Source of the DNA: Phycisphaerae bacterium
GTDB taxonomy: Bacteria > Planctomycetota > Phycisphaerae > UBA1845 > Fen-1342
Reading direction: 5' to 3'
Assembly (NCBI GenBank): GCA_039961675.1
Contig: JABRWC010000129.1
Span: 17,517-41,516, forward strand
DNA length: 24,000 nucleotides
How positions within the stretch are numbered: the stretch's first letter is position 1; every line of letters begins with the position of its first letter. A program made the position numbers and the translations under genes. This document shows, piece by piece, positions 16,621-23,935 of the stretch. The notes below the pieces were generated by a model that searched no databases, was not told the origin of the DNA, and worked only from the letters and a program-made list of their open reading frames with translations.

Positions 16621-17502
16621 TCACCAGATCTCCACTTCCGTTTCCAGCTCCACGCCAAACCGCTCCCGCACCCGCTCCTGCGCAAGCCCGATGAGGCCGA
16701 TCACATCGGCCGCCGTCGCGCCTTCCTGCGCCACGATGAAATTGGCGTGCCGCGGGCTGATCTCCGCCTGGCCCACGCGCGTGCCCTTGAGCCCCGCCTG
16801 GTCGATCAGCCTGCCGGCCGCGTGACCCGGCGGGTTCTTGAAAATGCATCCGGCCGAGCGGGCCGAAACCGGCGGCTGCGAATCGTACTTCTCGTTCCAG
16901 ATCTGCTTGTGCCGCGCGAGGGCCGCGTCGCGGTCGCCGGGCGCCAACTCCAGCGTAGTCGCGATGACCACGCAACCATCGAGCGCGGTGCGGCGATAGC
17001 CCAGACCGAGCGCCTCGACCGGCCGGTCGTTCAGCGCGCCGTCGGCCTCCAGCAGACGCACGCGGCGGATGAAGCGGCCGATCTCGCCGTACTTTCCGCC
17101 CGCGTTCATGCGCGTCACGCCGCCCATCGTGCCCGGAATGCCCGCCAGCGCCTCCAGCCCCACGAGTCCGCGCTGGAGCGTCTCCTTGACCAGCTTCGGA
17201 AAATCCACGCCCGCGCCCGCCGTCACCTGCGCATTCTCGTAGATCACCCGCTGAAAGAACGCAGCTTCGAGCCGGAGAACGGCGCCGTCGAAACCGGCGT
17301 CACGGACGAGTACGTTCGCGCCTCGGCCGAGGACGCGCCACGGAACGCCTGCGGCGCGGCAGCCGGCCACCAGCGCCGCGAGTTCCACATCGTCGCGCGG
17401 CTCGAAGAGCCACCGCGCCGGTCCCCCGAGGCGGTACCAGGTGTAATCGGCCAGCGGGCAATCAGGCCGGCAGATCGGCTCGAAGCCGGCGTACCAGCTC
17501 AT
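16621..17502 (-). CDS. murB: UDP-N-acetylenolpyruvoylglucosamine reductase
   Basis: 293-aa ORF containing YTWYRLGGPA, GIPGTMGGVTRMNAGGKYGE, SAGCIFKNP and PRHANFIVAQEGATAAD. GGAAGG lies 6 nt upstream of the ATG at 17502, which supports the 41-nt overlap with murC. Confidence 0.93.
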   Translation of the reverse strand: MSWYAGFEPICRPDCPLADYTWYRLGGPARWLFEPRDDVELAALVAGCRAAGVPWRVLGRGANVLVRDAGFDGAVLRLEAAFFQRVIYENAQVTAGAGVDFPKLVKETLQRGLVGLEALAGIPGTMGGVTRMNAGGKYGEIGRFIRRVRLLEADGALNDRPVEALGLGYRRTALDGCVVIATTLELAPGDRDAALARHKQIWNEKYDSQPPVSARSAGCIFKNPPGHAAGRLIDQAGLKGTRVGQAEISPRHANFIVAQEGATAADVIGLIGLAQERVRERFGVELETEVEIW

Positions 17503-18925
17503 CGGCTACCTTCCAGATGTCCCCGGCGCCCATGGTGATGACCACGTCGCCCGGCTTCACACGCGCCACGAGCAGCTCGACGATCTGCTGAAAATCAGGG
17601 ATGTGCAGGGCGTCGCGGCCGCGCTGCCGGACGCGCAGCGCGAGATCCTCGGCGCACACCAGCTCTCGTTCGCGCTCGCTGTCGCGGACGAAGTAAATCT
17701 CCGGGACGATCACGTGCTCGGCCAGGTCGAAGCTGCGCGCGAAGTCCTCCAGCAGAAAGCGCGTACGCGAATGCTGGTGTGGCTGAAACACGACCCACAT
17801 CCGCTCGGGCTGGTAGCGCTCGCGCGCCGCCAGCAGCGTGGCGCGGATTTCGGTCGGATGATGCGCGTAGTCGTCCAGCATCCGCACGCCGTCGGCGACG
17901 CCCCGCAACTCAAGCCGCCGGCGGACGCCGCGATAGCTCCCGAGCCCTTCGCGCACGTCGCTGAACGATACCCCCAGGTGCGTCGCCAGCGCGCTGACCG
18001 CCAGCGCATTCATCAGGTTGTGCTTCCCGGGCAAACCGATCCGCACCCGGCCCAGCCGCGAACCGCTGCGAAGCAGGTCGAACGCGCAGCAGCCGTCGTG
18101 CACCGCGACGTCCGCCGCGCTCCACGTCGGCTCCCCATCCAGACCGAAGGTCTGCACCGGCGCAGCCGACCGCTCGGCGACGCCGCGACATCGGGCGTCG
18201 TGCGCGTTGACCACCAAGAGCCCGTCCGCCGGCACAAGCCCCGCGAAATCCCCGAAGGCCGACGCGATCTCCGCGATCCCCGGGTAATAGTCGAGGTGGT
18301 CTTCCTCGATATTCAGTATGGCGGCCGCCTTGGGAGAAAGGTTCATGAACGACCGCGCGTACTCGCAGGCCTCGACGACGAAATGTGGACCGTCGCCGAC
18401 GCCGCTGCCGACTCCAAGCTGCACCAATTCCGCGCCGACGACGAAGCTCGGATCCATGCCGGCCGTGCGCAGCACGTACGCCAGCCATGCCGTCGTCGTG
18501 CTCTTGCCGTGAGTGCCGGCGATCGCCACGCCGTGCCGCCGCGACATGAGCATCCCGAGCAGCTCGGCGTAGCGGATGGTCGGCACGCTGCGCCGCCGGG
18601 CTTCAACCAGATCGACATGCGTATCGCGGATCGCCGCGGAGGCGACCACCACGTCAACTTCGTCAGGCAGCTTGTGAGCGCCGTTCTCGGCGTACACCCG
18701 CGCGCCGCGCTGCGCGAGCTGCTGCACCGGGCGCGAAAGTACCGCGTCTACCCCCGTGACCGACGCGCCCCAGCGCAGCAGAACGGCCGCGAGGCCGGAC
18801 ATGCCGCTGCCGCCGATCCCCACCATGTGGATGCGTGCGTTCCGAAAACTGGCGGGCGCTTGCCATCCTGGCAATCCGACAGGACGATGCGACGCTGCCG
18901 TGGCTTCCATGTCCTTGTCCCACAT
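17462..18925 (-). CDS. murC: UDP-N-acetylmuramate--L-alanine ligase
   Basis: 487-aa ORF containing HMVGIGGSGMSGLAAVLLRWGASVTGVD and AIAGTHGKSTTT, the Mur ligase P-loop, plus a Mur ligase C-terminal domain. The start could be the ATG at 18925 or the one at 18910. Confidence 0.93.
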   Translation of the reverse strand: MWDKDMEATAASHRPVGLPGWQAPASFRNARIHMVGIGGSGMSGLAAVLLRWGASVTGVDAVLSRPVQQLAQRGARVYAENGAHKLPDEVDVVVASAAIRDTHVDLVEARRRSVPTIRYAELLGMLMSRRHGVAIAGTHGKSTTTAWLAYVLRTAGMDPSFVVGAELVQLGVGSGVGDGPHFVVEACEYARSFMNLSPKAAAILNIEEDHLDYYPGIAEIASAFGDFAGLVPADGLLVVNAHDARCRGVAERSAAPVQTFGLDGEPTWSAADVAVHDGCCAFDLLRSGSRLGRVRIGLPGKHNLMNALAVSALATHLGVSFSDVREGLGSYRGVRRRLELRGVADGVRMLDDYAHHPTEIRATLLAARERYQPERMWVVFQPHQHSRTRFLLEDFARSFDLAEHVIVPEIYFVRDSERERELVCAEDLALRVRQRGRDALHIPDFQQIVELLVARVKPGDVVITMGAGDIWKVADELVRRLRADLPA

Positions 18926-19212
18926 CCGTGCATAAAAATACCTTGCGATGGGCGCAACGATTCCGCGCCGCTCGACGCAGTCATTCTAGCTTCGTAGGCT
19001 TCGCCTTGCACGCGGGAAGTTGCGGAATCGCACCCCCGTGGCTCAAGCGCCCCAATTGTGATCCCGCCGTTCCCGCCTGCGACGGTAAGACCAGTGCGGC
19101 GCGGCGCCGCCGCAATGACGCCGTCCACCTGGCGGCCCCAGCCTGTCGTCGTAGATAATCCGACGCGGTCCGTTTACGCACGCGCGGCGGAGGCGACCAG
19201 CCGGGAGGCGAC

Positions 19213-22128
19213 GTGACGACCAGCGATCCCATCACCGGACAGGTGCGCCTCACAAACCCCCCGGCAATCGGACAACGGCTGCGCGGCCAGCTTTCCGCCG
19301 CGACGCTGGGCTTGACCCTCATCGTGCTCGCCGCCGCGTTCCTCCTCCTTAGCCCGCCGCCGGGACAGACCTATCCCGGCGCGATCCCGTGGAGCGATGG
19401 CTCGCTGCTCAAGCGCATCGTCGACGCGCTCTCACTCGGCGGAACCGTCGCGACCGCACGCGGCGTCGAAATCAAGCAGTTCGTCTTCCATCTCGGCGCC
19501 GCCGTCGCGCTGCTCCTGCTGGCAGCGCGGGCTGTCGTCTCGGCCGCGTGGCCGCCGGACCGACGCACCTCGAAGGGAGCGTGGTTTGCCGCGCAGGTGT
19601 TCTTCGGCGGCTGGGTGGCCATCTCGGCCGCCAGCGCCTCATGGTCCGGCGATCCACCGACCGCACTGGGGCAGGCGGCGCTGTACGGAATGGCGCTGGC
19701 CTGGGCCGTCGCCCTGTCATGGAACATCGAGAGTCGCGACGTGCCCCGCCTCGTGTGGGGCTACGTCGGCATCGCCGCCGCCGCGTCCGTGCTCTGCGTC
19801 TGGTACTACCACGAACGCAATCCCCACCATCGACCCGGGTTCCCGATCGGCAATCCCGGCGCTCTCGCCGCGGCGATCCTGCCGGCGTTCGTTATCGCCA
19901 GCGCCTGGGTCGCGCTGGCGGGTCGAGACTGGCTGCGCACGCGCCAGGGGAGCAACCCGGTTCGAATCGTGATCGCGGCCGTCGCGTTGATCCCGTTGGC
20001 CTGGTGCTTCGCGCTGGCCGGTTCACGCGCGGCGCTGGCGGGGGCGCTCGGCGCGGTCGCCGGAATGTTGTTCCTGCGGGCGCGGGCCTGGACGAAGCTG
20101 CTGGTGCTGCTGGGCGTTGTGCTCATCGCCGCGCTCGCAACGTGGTATGCAAGCGCGTACAACCAGGACCTCGCCATGGGGCGAGGCGCGACCGTGCGCT
20201 TCCGGGTCTACGCCTGGCAGTACGCCGCACAGCTTTGGAGCCACCGGCCCGTCAGCGGCATTGGCGCGGGCGGATACCCGCGACTCGCGTCCGGCATCTC
20301 CGTCCGCGACCGCGTCCTCGATCCCGCCGCGTTTATGGGCTCGATGGTCGAGCACGCGCACAACGAGCTGTTCGAAGTCTTCGCCGAGATCGGGCTCATC
20401 GGCGGCGTATCGTTCGTCGCCGCGTATCTCGCCACGTTCGTCGCCGGCTCAAGCCTGCTGGGATCGAACCTCTCGCCCCAGCGACGGCGGCTGGTCTTCG
20501 CGCTGCTGGCCGGGCTGATGGCGATCGTCGGCGACAGCGCCTTCAGCGTCGGGCCGCGACTGCCCGGGCCGGACGTGGTGCTATTCTCGCTGCTCGGCGC
20601 GGTCTGGGCGCTGTCACGCGGCACGTACAAGGTCCTTCGCGGCCAGCCGCCCAACCCAACCTGGCTCGAACGCATGCCCATGCGGCGCTACGGCGTCGCC
20701 GTCGCGGCGCTCACGCTGGCGGTCGGCGCCGCCTGGCTGGCCGCGCGGAACTGGAGCGGCGTCATCGCGGAGCAAGCCGCGGACGTGCACCTCCGCGACG
20801 GCGAGTTTTCCGCCGCCGTCGCGGACAGTTCACGCGCCGCGGCGCTGCTCCTGGACCCCGTTCGGCAACTGGTCGCCTCCGAATTCGAGCTTCGAGCGCG
20901 CCTCGGACTGGCAGCCGAGCTGACCGCGCGGGCGCTCAGCGCAGGCCAGTCCGGCGCAGCCCAGGAACGCGACGATGCGATCCGCGCGGCACAGCAGGCG
21001 TACGAGGCGGCCGGCCGCCTGAACCAGCGGGCGCCCGCGATCTCGCGCCTCGCGGCGTACGGCGCCCAGGCGGCCGAGATGCTCGCCGCCTTGCACCGCA
21101 ATACCGGCTCGCCCGCCGCGCTCGAATGGACCGCGCGCGCCCAGCAGGCGTGGCTGAGCCAGCGCCTGGCGCGGCCGTACGATGTCGATACGCTCCTCGC
21201 GCTGGCCCGCTATCCGGCGACCATCGGCGACCGACTTACCCTCCTGCGCGACGCCCTTCGCGAAGGTCCGATGTCCGACGACTGGCCGGAATGGCGCGGC
21301 CTGCTGGCGCAGTCCGCGGGCGATCCGCAGTTCGCCGCCGAGCTGCAATCGCTCGTGACGGCGGCGCGGCCGTACGGACCCGATGCCGGCGCCGACACGA
21401 TCATGATCACGATGGCGCCCGAAGCGCTGCGGCTCGGCGCGGCCTGGAGCGCGACGCAGGGCGACGCCCGGGCGGCGCTCGAGCTGGCCGGCGAGGCCGC
21501 GAAGCGCTACGAAGCGGTGCGGGCTCGGCTGCCGGACCGGCAGTCGATTGCGCTCGGCGAACAGGCTGAATACGCCTTTCTCAGCAGCCCGGCCGACCCC
21601 GACGCCGCGATCGCCCTCGTCGAGCACGCGCTCCGAGTGCTGCCGGCGATCCAGGAGCAAAAGCGGCAGACGGCCGAGGCGCCGTTCCGTGCGCGGCTGG
21701 CGCGCTACCTGCTCGCGGCGGGACGCGAGCCCCAGGCGCTGAGGGAGCTCACGGCGCTGAGCGAACTCGCGGCGCTCGGGCCGCAGAACGCAACGCCCGC
21801 TTCGGCCGCCGCGCAGCTCTACGTCAGCCTGGCACAACGCTTCGTCCGCACGCAGAAGGAGCAGCGGCCGCCCGTTGACCGCTGGCTTCGCGCCGCCACG
21901 CGGCTCGATCCGCGCCTCGTGTCGGCGTGGGCGTGGCTGGCGTGGCTGGCGGGCGAATCGGGCGACCCGGACGCGGTTCGCGCCGTGCTGGCCGAGGCTC
22001 AGGCCGCGCTCTCGCCGACGGACGTGGAGCGAATCCGGACCAGCCTCACGCAGGAATTCCCCGCGCTGAAGGACGCGCTTGCCGTTCCCGAAACCGCGCC
22101 GGCATCGTCGTCGCCGTCAGCGCCATGA
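19213..22128 (+). CDS. O-antigen ligase/polymerase-like (Wzy_C-type) polytopic membrane protein fused to a long TPR-like C-terminal domain
   Basis: 971-aa ORF with a GTG start and GGGAGG 4 nt upstream. The N-terminal ~480 aa have about 12 TM segments, with the family-typical GSRAALAGALGAVAGMLFL and VEHAHNELFEVFAEIGLIGG blocks. One further TM follows, then about 450 aa of Ala/Leu/Arg-rich helical repeats (for example RWLRAATRLDPRLVSAWAWLAWLAGESGDPDAVRAVLAEAQA). The family call is by motif recognition only. Confidence 0.75.
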   Translation: MTTSDPITGQVRLTNPPAIGQRLRGQLSAATLGLTLIVLAAAFLLLSPPPGQTYPGAIPWSDGSLLKRIVDALSLGGTVATARGVEIKQFVFHLGAAVALLLLAARAVVSAAWPPDRRTSKGAWFAAQVFFGGWVAISAASASWSGDPPTALGQAALYGMALAWAVALSWNIESRDVPRLVWGYVGIAAAASVLCVWYYHERNPHHRPGFPIGNPGALAAAILPAFVIASAWVALAGRDWLRTRQGSNPVRIVIAAVALIPLAWCFALAGSRAALAGALGAVAGMLFLRARAWTKLLVLLGVVLIAALATWYASAYNQDLAMGRGATVRFRVYAWQYAAQLWSHRPVSGIGAGGYPRLASGISVRDRVLDPAAFMGSMVEHAHNELFEVFAEIGLIGGVSFVAAYLATFVAGSSLLGSNLSPQRRRLVFALLAGLMAIVGDSAFSVGPRLPGPDVVLFSLLGAVWALSRGTYKVLRGQPPNPTWLERMPMRRYGVAVAALTLAVGAAWLAARNWSGVIAEQAADVHLRDGEFSAAVADSSRAAALLLDPVRQLVASEFELRARLGLAAELTARALSAGQSGAAQERDDAIRAAQQAYEAAGRLNQRAPAISRLAAYGAQAAEMLAALHRNTGSPAALEWTARAQQAWLSQRLARPYDVDTLLALARYPATIGDRLTLLRDALREGPMSDDWPEWRGLLAQSAGDPQFAAELQSLVTAARPYGPDAGADTIMITMAPEALRLGAAWSATQGDARAALELAGEAAKRYEAVRARLPDRQSIALGEQAEYAFLSSPADPDAAIALVEHALRVLPAIQEQKRQTAEAPFRARLARYLLAAGREPQALRELTALSELAALGPQNATPASAAAQLYVSLAQRFVRTQKEQRPPVDRWLRAATRLDPRLVSAWAWLAWLAGESGDPDAVRAVLAEAQAALSPTDVERIRTSLTQEFPALKDALAVPETAPASSSPSAP

Positions 22129-23310
22129 TCGGCGTGGCGCCTGTTGCGCCGTCCGCGACTCGGGCGGGAACCAGGCGTCGAAGAACCAGCACGTGCCCAC
22201 CCGCCGCAGCGGCCCGTGCGCCGTGAGCTTCACAGCGCTCGCGACCGACCCCGAGCCGCTCCCTTCAAGCGCCGAAACCGCTTTGTGTCCGCCGATCAGC
22301 AGCGGCGCAATATAGATGTGCGCCTCGTCGGCCAGGCGCTGCTCCACGAAGCTTCCCAGCAGCCGCCCGCCGCCCTCAACCAGCACATTGCTCATCTGCT
22401 CGCTGCCGAGCGCGTCGAGCACGTCCGGCAGCCGCACGCCGGCCCGGTCCGTCCGGAATCGACGCACCAGGCACCCGGCCGCGGCCAGGCGCTTCTCGCG
22501 CTGCGCGGCTGCCTCTTGGCCGCAGAAGATCCAGGTCGGCGCGCGGCGGGCGGTCCGCACGAGCTGCGCCGAGAGCGGCGTGCGGAGACGCGTGTCGAGA
22601 ATGATGCGCCGGGCGACGCGCCGCACGCGGCCGACGCGGCACGTCAGCAGCGGGTCGTCTGCCAGGACGGTCCCGACGCCGACGACGATCGCATCGAGCC
22701 AGGCTCGCGTCCGGTGCGCGTGGGCGCGGGCCGCCTCGTCGCTGATCCACTTGGCGTCGCCGGTGCGCGTGGCGATCTTCCCGTCCACGCTCTGCGCCCA
22801 CTTGAGGATCACCCACGGCCGGCCTTCCCGCATGAGCTTGAAGAACGGGGCGTTGAGTCGCCGCGCCTCGTCGCCGCACAACCCGAGCGAGACTTCGATC
22901 CCCGCTGCCCGCAATTGTCTGAGTCCGCCCCCGGCAACGCGCGGGTTACGGTCGCGAACCGCCGCGAAGACGCGTCGCACGCCCGCGGCGATCAGCGCCT
23001 CGGTGCACGGAGGCGTCTTGCCGTGGTAGCAGCAGGGTTCGAGCGTGACGTACACATCAGCGCCGCGCGGCGACTCGTCGCAGCGGCCGAGGGCCTCCAC
23101 CTCGGCGTGCGGCCCCCCGAAGCGGCGGTGCCAGCCCTCGCCGATGACCCGCCCGTCCCGGACGATCACGCAGCCGACCATCGGGTTCGGCTCGACGCTT
23201 CCACGCCCGCGCTGAGCGAGGCGCAGGGCGCGGCGCATGAAATCCAGCCCCACCTCGTGCGGTGGCGGGCGCCGGTTCACGCGCGCCGGCTTGTGTGCCT
23301 GCGACTGCAT
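22117..23310 (-). CDS. ribD: Bifunctional riboflavin biosynthesis protein RibD (pyrimidine deaminase / uracil reductase)
   Basis: Contains the deaminase block PNPMVGCVIVRDGRVIGEGWHRRFGGPHAEVEAL..VTLEPCCYHGKTPPC and the reductase block ILKWAQSVDGKIATRTGDAKWISDEAARAHAHRTRA. The start is uncertain: ATG 23310 (chosen), ATG 23238 (MRRALRLAQRG) or the track's TTG at 23346. Confidence 0.9.
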   Translation of the reverse strand: MQSQAHKPARVNRRPPPHEVGLDFMRRALRLAQRGRGSVEPNPMVGCVIVRDGRVIGEGWHRRFGGPHAEVEALGRCDESPRGADVYVTLEPCCYHGKTPPCTEALIAAGVRRVFAAVRDRNPRVAGGGLRQLRAAGIEVSLGLCGDEARRLNAPFFKLMREGRPWVILKWAQSVDGKIATRTGDAKWISDEAARAHAHRTRAWLDAIVVGVGTVLADDPLLTCRVGRVRRVARRIILDTRLRTPLSAQLVRTARRAPTWIFCGQEAAAQREKRLAAAGCLVRRFRTDRAGVRLPDVLDALGSEQMSNVLVEGGGRLLGSFVEQRLADEAHIYIAPLLIGGHKAVSALEGSGSGSVASAVKLTAHGPLRRVGTCWFFDAWFPPESRTAQQAPRRSWR

Positions 23311-23349
23311 GCCCGGATCATCGTCGAGGGAACGCGGGTGGGGCAATAC

Positions 23350-23376
23350 GGCCGGCGCTCACTCCGCGCGCCGGCC
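23350..23376. other. 9-bp all-GC hairpin upstream of ribD
   Basis: GGCCGGCGC (23350-23358), a 9-nt loop, then GCGCCGGCC (23368-23376). No U-tract follows on either strand. On the minus strand a GAGGAGG (23381-23375) overlaps the 5' arm. Confidence 0.5.
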
Positions 23377-23737
23377 TCCTCGAATTCATCGTGCGAACCC
23401 GGTGCCTTACGCGGGGCGTCGGGCGCTGGCTTCAAAACTCAGCCGAACCTGCGAGCCGCGCTGGATCTTCGCAGCGTGGTCGACCAGCCTTGGATGGGCG
23501 TTGGAACCCAGCCCACGGCGTTGGCCGCCGGACGCAGAACGCCGAAAACCCCAGCCAGCCCCAGCGGAACCAGAGAAAGCCGACGATCCAACGCGCCGCA
23601 ACTCGCTTTCGCCCCATCAGGGGCTGGTTCTATCGTGTACGCCCGTTCCCGGTCCGTTGCCCAAGTGCGGGAGCGCACACCAACCGCCCTCCAAGTCCGC
23701 CCTGGAGGCCGCTCCCCCAATGGGCGGACCGTGTTCT

Positions 23738-23750
23738 CAACGGACCGTTG
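23738..23750. repeat. 13-nt palindrome CAACGGaCCGTTG (copy 1)
   Basis: Perfect inverted repeat CAACGG-N-CCGTTG, read directly from the sequence. It is preceded by the related half-site GGACCGTG at 23727-23734. Confidence 0.5.
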
Positions 23751-23922
23751 TTCTTGCATTCTCCGCCAACTCCCGCCAAATCCACACACCCACCCATACT
23801 CCCACTTGCCTCCCCGTCTCCCAGAATTACCCTTCTATCAGCCGCCAGCCTCCAGGCGCCACGGCTGCCGGCACAACGTCCCGGGCATCGGCCTTGCAGG
23901 TGTCCTGCAATCAGCCCTTGCT

Positions 23923-23935
23923 CAACGGCCCGTTG
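23923..23935. repeat. 13-nt palindrome CAACGGcCCGTTG (copy 2)
   Basis: The same palindrome 185 nt downstream of copy 1, in both cases preceded by CT. A separate 7-3-7 inverted repeat TTGCAGG-tgt-CCTGCAA lies at 23894-23910. Confidence 0.5.

Noticed and set aside
15351-18997. 447-aa (15351-16694) and 464-aa (17603-18997) plus-strand ORFs antisense to ftsQ/ddl and murC
   Set aside because: The same GC-driven artefact. The opposite-strand genes carry unambiguous enzyme motifs and SD-supported starts.
19389-21569. 726-aa plus-strand ORF in an alternate frame inside the Wzy_C-TPR gene
   Set aside because: Its product is extreme Arg-rich low complexity (runs of RRRR) with no SD. The 971-aa frame has a strong SD, a clear TM periodicity and family motifs.
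21925-21948. In-frame tandem 9-nt repeat GCGTGGCTG x2 (plus a partial copy), encoding AWAWLAWLAG in the TPR-like domain
   Set aside because: It is too short and has too few copies to be treated as a phase-variation tract. It is consistent with ordinary codon repetition of an Ala/Trp/Leu helix.
23432-23617. 61-aa minus-strand ORF (MGRKRVAARWIVGFLWFRWGWLGFSAFCVRR..) that resembles a small membrane protein upstream of ribD
   Set aside because: It has no SD before its ATG. Third-position GC collapses in its second half. It overlaps two other equally weak frames. I kept it only as a possibility to test with ribosome profiling.
23401-23640. FMN (RFN) riboswitch expected upstream of ribD; also a TPP-like GAACCTG..CTGGAT..GCAGCG and a GGATGGGCG fragment on the plus strand
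   Set aside because: The conserved FMN cores (GGUGAAAUUCC, ACCGGCGGU, AGUCCGGAUGGGAG) are not present on the ribD strand. The plus-strand fragments are short, wrongly spaced, and have no downstream plus-strand gene. A covariance-model scan would be needed to be certain.
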